64,000 nt of DNA, from positions 128,001 to 192,000 of the forward strand of contig JAWLBL010000008.1 in the NCBI GenBank assembly GCA_041687695.1, written 5' to 3'. Shown piece after piece: positions 27,566 to 38,461 of the stretch; positions within the stretch are counted from its first letter, which is position 1, and every line of letters begins with the position of its first letter. Position numbers and translations under genes: made by a program. Below the pieces are notes generated by a model. That model made no database searches. It was not told the DNA's origin and worked only from the letters and a program-made list of their open reading frames with translations. This DNA is from Myxococcota bacterium. Lineage in GTDB: Bacteria; Myxococcota_A; UBA9042; PHBI01; JAWLBL01.

Positions 27566-28912
27566 ATGAACGCAGCGGAAGCCAGCGCGAAAGGCTCGAG
27601 CCACCAGCGGTACCAGATCATCAAGAAGATCGACGCTGGCGGCATGGCCGAGATCTACCTCGGCAAGGCGCAGAGCATCGAGGGGATGCAAAAGCAGGTC
27701 GCCATCAAGCGCGTCCTGCCGAACCTGTCGAAGAAGGAGAACTTCATCGACATGTTCCTCGACGAGGCGCGTCTGTCGATGCTCCTCACGCACGCCAACA
27801 TCGTGCAGACCTTCGATGTCGGCAAGAGCGGCAACACGTACTTCATCGTCATGGAGTACATCGACGGCTGCAACATGCGTCGCATGTTCCAGCGCGCCTC
27901 CGAGATCGGGTACCGGTTCCCGCTCGAGATCGCCTGCTTCATGATGATGGAGGTCTGCAAGGGCCTCGCCCACGCCCACGAGAAGGTCGACGACGCGGGC
28001 AAGCACCTGCACATCGTCCACCGCGATCTGTCGCCGCCGAACATCCTGGTCAGCAAGGCCGGCGAGGTGAAGATCACCGACTTCGGGCTGGCCAAGGCCA
28101 TGACCCAGGTCACGGTGACCGACCCCGGCATGGTCAAGGGCAAGTTCAGCTACCTCGCGCCCGAGGCGGCCGAGGGGCAGAACGTCGACCACCGCGCCGA
28201 CATCTTCGCCGCCGGCATCGTCCTGTGGGAGATCCTCGCCAACCGTCGCCTCTTCCTCGGCAAGACCGACATGGAGACGGTCGAGCTGGTCAAGAAGGCC
28301 GAGGTCCCCTCGCTGTCGAAGTTCAACGCGCAGGTCACGCCCGAGTTCGAGGCCATCCTGGCCCGGGCGCTCGCGCGGGACCCCAAGAAGCGCTACACCT
28401 CGGCCCGCGAGTTCGGCGAGGCGCTCGCCAACTACCTCTTCGCCCACAACCTCAAGGTCACGGGCTACGACCTCGCCGGCGTCTACCAGCGCCTGTTCGA
28501 CCCCAAGGCGACCGAGAACCTGGACTCGCCCGAGGAGCGCATCGCCGCCCTCATCCAGGAAGAAATCCTGAACCTGTCGATGCTGGGCCTGACGCCGGTC
28601 GGCGCCAACGGCTCGGACGCCTCGGCCCCCATCGACGTCTCCAAGCTCAGCGTCGGCGGCAAGGCGCGCTTCGACTTCTCGGGCTTCTGGCAGAACAAGG
28701 GCGTCCCGCAGTCGCTCGGCCTCGACGGCAAGCGGGCCAGCCAGAGCATGGAGGCCGCCGGCGCGGATCTCGCGGCCGTGCTCGAGGGCGACAGCAGCGT
28801 GGGCGCGGGCGGCGCCAAGGGCGGCGGCAAGACCGGCCTCATCGTCGGCGTGGCCATCGTCGTGCTCGCGGCGGCCGCGGCGGCGGTCTACTTCCTGGTC
28901 CTCAACAAGTAG
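27566..28912 (+). CDS. Ser/Thr protein kinase with C-terminal TM anchor
   Basis: GGMAEIY, VAIKR, HRDLSPPN, DFG, YLAPE, DIFAAG; start may be 27503. Confidence 0.95.
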   Translation: MNAAEASAKGSSHQRYQIIKKIDAGGMAEIYLGKAQSIEGMQKQVAIKRVLPNLSKKENFIDMFLDEARLSMLLTHANIVQTFDVGKSGNTYFIVMEYIDGCNMRRMFQRASEIGYRFPLEIACFMMMEVCKGLAHAHEKVDDAGKHLHIVHRDLSPPNILVSKAGEVKITDFGLAKAMTQVTVTDPGMVKGKFSYLAPEAAEGQNVDHRADIFAAGIVLWEILANRRLFLGKTDMETVELVKKAEVPSLSKFNAQVTPEFEAILARALARDPKKRYTSAREFGEALANYLFAHNLKVTGYDLAGVYQRLFDPKATENLDSPEERIAALIQEEILNLSMLGLTPVGANGSDASAPIDVSKLSVGGKARFDFSGFWQNKGVPQSLGLDGKRASQSMEAAGADLAAVLEGDSSVGAGGAKGGGKTGLIVGVAIVVLAAAAAAVYFLVLNK

Positions 28913-28960
28913 CCAGACCCTGGGCCGCTGGACCACCAGCGAGCCCCGGGGCGCCGGACC

Positions 28961-29629
28961 TCAGAAGTAGTAGACGACCCCGAGGGTGCCGGTCACCGAG
29001 CCGGCGCCCAGGGTGATGCCCCAGGTGTCGTCCGGCGTCAGGCGGCTCAGGCCCTCGCCCTCGAGGATGGGCCCCTCGGCGGGGACCAGCGAGAAGAGCA
29101 GGCCGGTCGAGGCGCTGACGCTGAAGCTGTCGGACAGGAAGAACTCGACGGTCAGCGGCACCTCGATGGCGAACTCGGTGCCGCCGTCGAGCGCCTCGAG
29201 CGCGTCGGGGTCCGTCTCGCCGGCGCGGATGGCCGCCTGGCGCTGCGCCTGGGCCGTGCGGAAGCCGAGGGCGCCGCGCAGGCCGATGCCCAGGTTGGCG
29301 TGCAGCGAGCGGGCGAAGTTGTAGACGAAGCCGATGGACAGGTCGACGGCGGTGGCGAGGCCCGTCTCGGTGGTGCGCGTGACCTCGTCGTCGTCGCCCG
29401 TGCGCTCGGCGATGTACTCGAAGGTGCTGAAGTTGCCGCCGAAGGTGACCAGGAAGCCGAAGGCCTGGCCCGGCCAGTAGCGCAGCGCGGCCCCGGAGAC
29501 GCCGCCGATGGACTGCTCGACGCCGATGCCGAGCTTGCCGCCGAGGTCCTTGGCCCCGGCGGGACCGGCGGGCAGGGCGACGAGGGCCGCCGCGAGCGCG
29601 GCCGACAGGGCGACACGGGGGGCGGGCAC
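28961..29629 (-). CDS. outer-membrane beta-barrel protein
   Basis: Signal peptide, alternating amphipathic strands, C-terminal VVYYF; start uncertain (29629 or 29635). Confidence 0.75.
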   Translation of the reverse strand: MPAPRVALSAALAAALVALPAGPAGAKDLGGKLGIGVEQSIGGVSGAALRYWPGQAFGFLVTFGGNFSTFEYIAERTGDDDEVTRTTETGLATAVDLSIGFVYNFARSLHANLGIGLRGALGFRTAQAQRQAAIRAGETDPDALEALDGGTEFAIEVPLTVEFFLSDSFSVSASTGLLFSLVPAEGPILEGEGLSRLTPDDTWGITLGAGSVTGTLGVVYYF

Positions 29630-29797
29630 GGGCAAGGGGCGGCTCCGGGCAGCGTGGGAGGGGCCAGGGTCGCTCGCAGCCTGCCTCTCGGCCCCACGGG
29701 CGTCAACCCGATGGATGGGCCGATGGCGGACCGGAGGGCGCTTCGGACGAGGGGCCGACGATGGGCCGCCAGCGGCGTACCAGCGAGCCGTCGGCGC

Positions 29798-29806
29798 TGC
29801 TATACT
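29798..29806 (+). promoter_or_regulatory. extended -10 element TG-C-TATACT
   Basis: Lies 27 nt before the ATG at 29834. Similar TGCTA motifs precede the genes at 1376 and 32224. Confidence 0.5.
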
Positions 29807-29833
29807 GCGCCGACTCGCGCCAAGGAGCTGGGG

Positions 29834-32128
<2,295 letters not shown>

Positions 32129-32223
32129 GCGCGTCGCGCCCGCTGTGCTATGACGCCGCCGACCCCGGACCCCCGGGTTGGCGGACAGCGGACACGCGCC
32201 CGAGCAGGGCGGCAGGAGGCCCC

Positions 32224-32868
32224 GTGAAGTTCTTCATCGACAGCGCGGACATCGGCGAGATCAAGGCCGCCCAGGCCATGGGCATGTGCGACGGCGTGAC
32301 CACCAACCCGTCCCTGGTCGCCAAGACCGGCAAGCGCTTCCAGGACGTCATCGACGCCATCGTCCACACGGTCGACGGCCCGGTCAGCCTCGAGGTGACC
32401 ACCGTCAGCTACGACGAGATGATGGCCCAGGCCCGCGAGTTCGCCGGCTTCGGCGACAACGTCGTCGTCAAGCTGCCGCTGACCAAGGACGGCCTGCGCG
32501 CCTGCCGCACCTGCTACGACGAGGGCATCGCCACCAACGTCACCCTCTGCTTCAGCCCCAACCAGGCCCTGCTGGCGGCCAAGGCCGGCGCGACCTACAT
32601 CAGCCCCTTCGTCGGGCGCCTGGACGACATCTCGTCGGACGGCATGAAGCTCATCGACGACATCTGCACCATCTACCGCAACTACGAGTTCGAGACGCAG
32701 GTGCTCGTCGCCTCGGTCCGCCACCCGCAGCACGTCGTCGAGTCGGCGCTGATGGGCGCCCACGTGGCGACCATGCCCCTGTCGGTGCTCGACCAGATGT
32801 TCAACCACCCGCTGACCACCAGCGGCCTGGACAAGTTCATGGCCGACTGGGCCAAGGTCCCGAGCTGA
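32224..32868 (+). CDS. tal: small-type transaldolase (Tal/FSA family)
   Basis: [22 protein letters not shown] Schiff-base Lys. VSLEV (Glu) and YISPF (Phe) indicate transaldolase rather than FSA. Confidence 0.93.
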   Translation: MKFFIDSADIGEIKAAQAMGMCDGVTTNPSLVAKTGKRFQDVIDAIVHTVDGPVSLEVTTVSYDEMMAQAREFAGFGDNVVVKLPLTKDGLRACRTCYDEGIATNVTLCFSPNQALLAAKAGATYISPFVGRLDDISSDGMKLIDDICTIYRNYEFETQVLVASVRHPQHVVESALMGAHVATMPLSVLDQMFNHPLTTSGLDKFMADWAKVPS

Positions 32869-32910
32869 GCCGACCGGCGATCTGACCGCGGCGCTGGCCA
32901 CGGCATCGGC

Positions 32911-33007
32911 GTGGCCGTAGCCGGTGGCCGTAGCCGGTGGCCGTAGCCGGTGGCCGTAGTCGGTGGCCGTGGCCGTAGCCGGTCACCGTGGCCGGTGGCA
33001 GTGGCCG
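32911..33007. repeat. 13-bp tandem repeat GTGGCCGTAGCCG (4 good copies plus degenerate ones)
   Basis: Units at 32911, 32924, 32937 and 32950, then degenerate. Confidence 0.9.
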
Positions 33008-33021
33008 AGTCGAGGCGCCGA

Positions 33022-33070
33022 CGGAGTGCGCGAGCTTGCTCGCGCCCCGACGCAGCGCAGCTCGCTGCGC
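33022..33070 (+). repeat. REP-like double-hairpin element
   Basis: CGGAGTGCGCGAGCTTGCTCGCGC-CCCGACGCA-GCGCAGCTCGCTGCGC. Confidence 0.85.
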
Positions 33071-33086
33071 GTGGAACCTGCGACGA

Positions 33087-33508
33087 GCGCAGAGACCGCC
33101 TGCACAAGGTGCAGACCTTCTGCAGGGCGCAGGGGCCGCCTGCATCAAGCTGCAGGCCTCGCTGCAGGGCGCAGAGAGCGCCAGCATCGAGGTGCAGACC
33201 TTCCCTGCAGGGCGCAGAGAGCGCCAGCATCGAGGTGCAGACCTTCCCTGCAAGGCGCAGAGACCGCCTGCACCGAGGTGCAGACCTTCCTGCAGGGCGC
33301 AGAGAGCGCCAGCACCGAGGTGCAGACCTTCCTGCAGGGCGCAGAGAGCGCCTGCATCGAGGTGCAGACCTTCTGCAGGGCTCAGAGAGCGCCTGCATCG
33401 AGGTGCAGACCTTCTGCAGGGCGCAGAGAGCGCCTGCATCGAGGTGCAGACCTTCTGCAGGGCGCAGAGAGCGCCAGCACCAAGGTGCTGACCTTCTGCA
33501 GGGCGCAG
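33087..33508. repeat. non-coding tandem array, 10 units of 40-43 bp (GCGCAGAGAGCGCCWGCAYCGAGGTGCAGACCTTC(1-3)TGCAGG)
   Basis: Unit starts at 33087, 33127, 33169, 33212, 33255, 33297, 33339, 33380, 33421, 33462, partial at 33503. Confidence 0.95.
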
Positions 33509-33557
33509 TCGGTCCCGATCTGGGAGTGTCGCGACCGCCGGGCTTCGAAACGAAAAC

Positions 33558-33599
33558 GGCGATCGCAGCGTCCCGGGGGGGATGGGAGCTGCGATCGCC
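33558..33599. terminator. hairpin between convergent tal and htrA
   Basis: GGCGATCGCAGC...GCTGCGATCGCC, followed on the minus strand by GTTTTCGTTT. Confidence 0.6.
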
Positions 33600-33686
33600 C
33601 GAGAGAGTCACCTGAGGAGGAACGGTGACACCTGAGGCGCCGGGCGAAACCGTGGGGGGACCGGCCCGGACACCTCAGTCTGGGTG

Positions 33687-35150
33687 TCAACGCGCGAGCG
33701 GGATGAAAATCTTCCGGCCCTCGCGGAGGACGAGCAGGGAGAGCATGTCACCCTTGGAAGCCTGGCCCAGGGCCTTGTCCAGGGCTTGCGCGTTGCCGAT
33801 GTCCTTGTAGTTGAGCTGCAGGACCACGTCGCCGGCCTCGAGGCCGCTGCGCTCGGCGCGGCTGCCCGGCTCGACCTCGAGGACGAGCACGCCCGTGGCG
33901 TCGTCGGACAGGCGCAGCTCGCGCTTCATCGCGGCCGGCACGTCCGACAGGCGGGCGCCGAGGACCTTCGAGGTGAGGCCCTTGGGCGTCGGCGCCTTGG
34001 CCGGGGCGGCGGCCTCGCGGACCTGCTCTTCGGGGAACTCCGCGAGCTGGACGGCCAGCTGCATCCGGCGCTCCTGGCGCACCACGTCGACGCTGACCGG
34101 CTCACCCAGGTTCGAGGTCGAGGCGAACCAGGACAGGTCCTCCCAGTGCGCGACCTCCTTGCCGTTCCACGACAGGATGACGTCGCCCGGCTGCACGCCC
34201 GCCTTGGCCGCCGGCGTGCCGCTGACGACCTCGTGGACCAGGGCGCCGGTCGACTTGCGGAAGCCCAGCTTGCGCGCCAGCTCGACCGGCACCTCGCCGA
34301 TCTTCACGCCCAGGTAGGACCGCTGCACCTTGCCCTGCGCCAGCTGGGGCATGATCTTCTTGATCATGTTGACCGGCACGGCGAAGCCGATGCCCTGCCC
34401 GGCGGCGTTGATGGCCGTGTTGATGCCGATGACCTCGCCGCGGATGTTGATGAGCGGCCCACCCGAGTTGCCCGGGTTGATGCTGGCGTCGGTCTGGATG
34501 AAGTTGGCGTACATCGGCTGGCGGCCGGGCTGCACGTCGCGGCGCCCCTTGGCGCTGACGATGCCCGCGGTCACCGTGTGGTTGAGGCCGAAGGGGTTGC
34601 CGATGGCGACGACCCACTCGCCGATCTCGAGCTGGTCCGAGTTGCCCAGGGCCGCGGCGGTCAGGGGCTCGCTCGCCTCGAACTTCAGCAGGGCCACGTC
34701 GAGCTGCGGGTAGGTGCCGACGACCTTGGCGTCATAGACGTTGTCGTTGGCGAGGCGCACCTGGATCTTGTCGGCGCCGTCGATGACGTGGTTGTTCGTC
34801 AGGGCGTAGCCGTCGGCGTGGATGATGAAGCCGGAGCCCAGGCTCTTGCCCTGCTCGCCGCCACGGAAGCCGAAGAAGGGCGCGAAGGGGTGGTCCTTGC
34901 GCGAGGCCTGCGGCTTGCGGTTGACGGAGATGCTGACGACGGCGGGGGACAGGTCGCGGGCCAGGGTGGAGAACGCCCGCATGCTGACGGGGGCGTCCGG
35001 GTCGAGGGGCTCGACGTGCGAGCGCTCGGTCCAGAGCTTGGGGGGCGGTTCGGCGAAGGCGCCGGGTACGAGGCTGAGGATCGAGGCGGCGACGAGGGCG
35101 CCGGTGACGCGCCGTCGGGTCATCAGGCGCGGGAACCTGGAAAGGGTCAT
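33687..35150 (-). CDS. HtrA/DegP-family serine endoprotease with two PDZ domains
   Basis: GSGFII, LTNNHV, D.ALLK, IQTDASINPGNSGGPL, two PDZ-like GD(V)I/V segments. Confidence 0.95.
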   Translation of the reverse strand: MTLSRFPRLMTRRRVTGALVAASILSLVPGAFAEPPPKLWTERSHVEPLDPDAPVSMRAFSTLARDLSPAVVSISVNRKPQASRKDHPFAPFFGFRGGEQGKSLGSGFIIHADGYALTNNHVIDGADKIQVRLANDNVYDAKVVGTYPQLDVALLKFEASEPLTAAALGNSDQLEIGEWVVAIGNPFGLNHTVTAGIVSAKGRRDVQPGRQPMYANFIQTDASINPGNSGGPLINIRGEVIGINTAINAAGQGIGFAVPVNMIKKIMPQLAQGKVQRSYLGVKIGEVPVELARKLGFRKSTGALVHEVVSGTPAAKAGVQPGDVILSWNGKEVAHWEDLSWFASTSNLGEPVSVDVVRQERRMQLAVQLAEFPEEQVREAAAPAKAPTPKGLTSKVLGARLSDVPAAMKRELRLSDDATGVLVLEVEPGSRAERSGLEAGDVVLQLNYKDIGNAQALDKALGQASKGDMLSLLVLREGRKIFIPLAR

Positions 35151-35322
35151 GGGAGCTGGGTCCTCCTAGCAAGGCGGCGAGGCCGATCCACCGCGCCGGC
35201 GTGGGGCTACGCCGCGGCGAGACGACTGGACGAGGAGAGCACCCGGGGCTCTCCTGCGCGTGAGGTAACCAGCGGGCCGAGCGCCGCATTCCTGAGCAGA
35301 ACCGCGGCCCTGAGCGGCGGGC

Positions 35323-37422
35323 TCAGGTCGAGGTCGTGGTGCGCGACGAGGTCTCCTGCACGGGCAGGTAGATGCTGAAGGTGGTGCCGTCGCCGACCCG
35401 CGACGAGACCTCGATGGTGCCGCCCAGGCTGCGGACGATGCGCTGGCAGATGGCGAGGCCCAGGCCCGTCCCGTTGGGTTTGGTCGTGTAGAACGGGATG
35501 AACAGGCGCTGCAGCACCTCGGTCGGCATGCCGGGGCCCTCGTCCTGAAAGCGCAGGCGGATGTAGGCGACCCGGTCCTGGCCGGGCGCGCGGGTCGCCG
35601 CCGGGGCGGGGCGCCGCCAGGTGAGCGCCGACGTGATGGTCAGGTTGCCGCCGGTGTCGCCCATCGCCTCGACCGCGTTGCGCGCCAGGTTCAGCACCAC
35701 CTGGCGTAGCAGCTCCGGGTCCGAGCGGATGCTGGGCAGGTTGGGGGCCGAGATGTACTCGATGGTGCTGTTCGAGTCCTGGGCCTTGAGCAGGGTCAGC
35801 GTCCGCTCGAGCACCTGGTTGACGTCGACCGGGTCCAGGTTGCCCTTGAGCGGCCGGGCGTAGCTGAGGAACTGGCTGACGACGCTGTTCAGGCGGTCGA
35901 CCTCCTCCTCGATGATGCCCAGGTAGACGGTGCCCTGCTCGGGGTCCTCCTTGAGCAGCGTCGTCGCGCCGCGGATGGCCCCCAGGGGGTTGCGGATCTC
36001 GTGCGCCAGGCCCGCGGCCATCTCGCCCAGGGCGGCCAGGCGGTCGCGCTCGCGGATGCGGTCGAACAGGCGCGAGTTCTCGATGGTGATGGTCGCCTGC
36101 GCGCCCAGCGCCACCAGGGCCTTGATCTCCTCGGTGCTGTAGGCGCCGCGCAGCCGCTCGTCCTTGACGTTCAGAAACCCCAGCAGCTGCTCGCCGCTGA
36201 CGAAGGCGATGGTCAGCGCCGACTGCAGCTCCTCCATGGTCTGGATCATCGCGTCGAGCACCTCGACCTGCGCCTGGTCCTGCGCGGTGCCGCTCTTGTT
36301 CAGCTCGTCGCGCTCGCTCTCGAGGTTCTCGATGGTGACCAGCTTGTCCTCGGTGAGCCGCGTCAGGAACGGCCGCGCCGAGATGGCGTCGAGGCGCGCC
36401 GGCGGCTCGGTGCCGACGAAGCCCAGGTTCGCGTAGGCCAGGCCGTCCTCGTCCAGCAGGTACACGCCCGCGTGGGTCACGCGCCGCGACGCCTCGAGCC
36501 GCCGCAGCACGACGTCCGACAGCGCGCGCACGTCGATGACGCTGGCCAACCCCGCCCGCAGCGACTCGGCCTGCTTGGTGAACTCGAACTTCTCGCGGAA
36601 GACCAGCTCGTTGAGCTTGTCCTCGACGAAGTTGCGCAGCGGGTCGAACAGGATGAGCACGACGATGGTGGCGATGGTCGTGTTGAACAGGAACAGGCCG
36701 AGATCGTGGCGCCACCAGCCGACCAGCAGCGCGTAGATGAGGCTGATGACGATGGCGAAGCCGGCCAGAACGACGAAGCGGCCCAGGAACTCGAACAGAT
36801 CCAGGACGCGGCGCAGCGTGATGACCTGGAAGATGAAGTACATGTAGACGGCGACCAGGATGTTGCCGACCGACGAGGTCCCCAGGCCCGGCAGGTACTC
36901 GGCCAGCGCCAGCGAGAAGACCAGCCCGCCCGCCGCCAGCAGCACCTTCAGGCGCGTGCGGTCCACGCGCGAGGCGACCTGCCCCAGCCGCCGCACCATC
37001 ACCAGGATGGACATCAGCAGCGCCAGCACCACACCGCCCGCCAGCAGCGCCAGGCGCATCTCGAGCTGCGGCGGCCACGCCAGGACGGCGAAGGCGACCA
37101 GCGCCGTCGACAGCGCCAGCAGAAGGCGCCGCGACACGCGCGCGAACCGGCTCTGGTCGTCGGCGAACTCGGCGAAGAAGCCGAAGCACGTGTAGGGGAG
37201 CATCCCCCCGACCAGCCCCTGCGCGCCCGCCGCCAGCCGCGGCCCCAGCGCCTCGGACACGGTCAGCGCCTCGACCAGGAACCACGTCACCAGGTTCAGG
37301 TTGAACCACGCGAAGCGGCTGAACAGGGGCAGCCGCTGGCCCCGCAACAGGACATGGATGGCCAGCGCGGCGCAGATGATCGCCGCCAGCAGGGCCGATT
37401 GGATGCGGTACCAGTTTTCCAT
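35323..37422 (-). CDS. multi-TM GAF-containing sensor histidine kinase
   Basis: Many TM helices, GAF-like region, H-box LAHEIRNPL, N-box NLARNA, DEGPG, GTGLGL. Confidence 0.93.
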   Translation of the reverse strand: MENWYRIQSALLAAIICAALAIHVLLRGQRLPLFSRFAWFNLNLVTWFLVEALTVSEALGPRLAAGAQGLVGGMLPYTCFGFFAEFADDQSRFARVSRRLLLALSTALVAFAVLAWPPQLEMRLALLAGGVVLALLMSILVMVRRLGQVASRVDRTRLKVLLAAGGLVFSLALAEYLPGLGTSSVGNILVAVYMYFIFQVITLRRVLDLFEFLGRFVVLAGFAIVISLIYALLVGWWRHDLGLFLFNTTIATIVVLILFDPLRNFVEDKLNELVFREKFEFTKQAESLRAGLASVIDVRALSDVVLRRLEASRRVTHAGVYLLDEDGLAYANLGFVGTEPPARLDAISARPFLTRLTEDKLVTIENLESERDELNKSGTAQDQAQVEVLDAMIQTMEELQSALTIAFVSGEQLLGFLNVKDERLRGAYSTEEIKALVALGAQATITIENSRLFDRIRERDRLAALGEMAAGLAHEIRNPLGAIRGATTLLKEDPEQGTVYLGIIEEEVDRLNSVVSQFLSYARPLKGNLDPVDVNQVLERTLTLLKAQDSNSTIEYISAPNLPSIRSDPELLRQVVLNLARNAVEAMGDTGGNLTITSALTWRRPAPAATRAPGQDRVAYIRLRFQDEGPGMPTEVLQRLFIPFYTTKPNGTGLGLAICQRIVRSLGGTIEVSSRVGDGTTFSIYLPVQETSSRTTTST

Positions 37423-37502
37423 GTCTTCGAAACGCGCGAACGCGGCAGGCCCCGCGCCGCGCGTCAGGGAGCCCCCGCGTTCACCCGCCGACTACCCGAG
37501 CG

Positions 37503-38432
37503 CTACTCGCTCTCGGCCTCGGCCTCGCCCTTGCTGTTCAGCTCGGTCTGCAGCGCCGTCCGCATCGCCCGCGCGGTCTGGACCGTCTCCTTCCAGTTGG
37601 GCGCGCTCGGGTCGGCGTTCTTCTCGTAGCTCTCGAGGGCCCCGATGGCCTTCGACAGCTGCCCCGCCTGGGTGTAGGCGTAGGCGACGTTGAACAGGGC
37701 GTCCGTGCGCGTCGCGTCGCGCATCATCGCCTCTCGGAACAGATCGATGGCCCCCGGCGCGTCGCCGCCCTGCAGCTTCAGCACGCCCAGGTTGTTCAGC
37801 ACGTCCGGCGACCGCTCGGCGTGGCGCAGCGCCTCCTCGTACACGGCCCGCGCCTCGCTCTCGTGCTCGAACTCCTCGTACATCTGGGCCAGCGCCTCGT
37901 AGCTGCGCCCGTACTTGGGGTCGCAGGCGATGGCCTCGCGGAAGGCGCCGTCGGCCCCGTCGAAGTCGCCGTGCTTCTTGAGCACCGTGCCCCGGACGTG
38001 GTGCGCCGGCGCGTAGTTCGGGTCGACCTTCAGCACGGCCTCGACCGCCTCGAGGGCCTCCTTGACGTTGCCCTTGTCCTCGTGCAGCCGCGCCAGCTGG
38101 AACAGCACGTCGCGGTCACCCGGCGCCAGCTCGCGCGCCTTGGTGAAGTTCGCGAGGGCGGCGTCCAGATCCTGCCGCTCGTGTAGATCGATGAGGCCCA
38201 TGTGGTAGTAGGCCTCGACCGCCTCGGGCCAGATCTCGGTGGCCCGCTGGAAGTGGACGTAGGCCGTCTTGAAGTCGTTGCCGTCGTAGGACCGGACGCC
38301 CTGGTTGGTCAGGGCGATGGCGTCCTTCTTGGCCTTGCTGCAAGCGGGCGCGCCGGCCGCCACGAGGGCCACCAAGGCGATGGTGACCACCGTGGCGCCG
38401 GCGCGTTGGAGTCGTGCGATGACGTTCGTCAT
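37503..38432 (-). CDS. TPR-repeat protein, probable lipoprotein
   Basis: Hydrophobic N-terminus ending APAC, multiple TPRs; alternative GTG start at 38465 overlaps the gltG stop. Confidence 0.85.
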   Translation of the reverse strand: MTNVIARLQRAGATVVTIALVALVAAGAPACSKAKKDAIALTNQGVRSYDGNDFKTAYVHFQRATEIWPEAVEAYYHMGLIDLHERQDLDAALANFTKARELAPGDRDVLFQLARLHEDKGNVKEALEAVEAVLKVDPNYAPAHHVRGTVLKKHGDFDGADGAFREAIACDPKYGRSYEALAQMYEEFEHESEARAVYEEALRHAERSPDVLNNLGVLKLQGGDAPGAIDLFREAMMRDATRTDALFNVAYAYTQAGQLSKAIGALESYEKNADPSAPNWKETVQTARAMRTALQTELNSKGEAEAESE

Positions 38433-38461
38433 GGGGACCGTGCTCCGCGACCCAGCGTCGG

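Noticed and set aside
28961..29629. Assigning the beta-barrel as GltA/B/H
   Set aside because: About 9 kb from the glt cluster and no diagnostic motif that I can verify.
33087..33508. CRISPR array, or repeat-protein ORFs in several frames
   Set aside because: No unique spacers and no cas genes; unit lengths of 40-43 bp shift frame, so the overlapping ORFs are artefacts.
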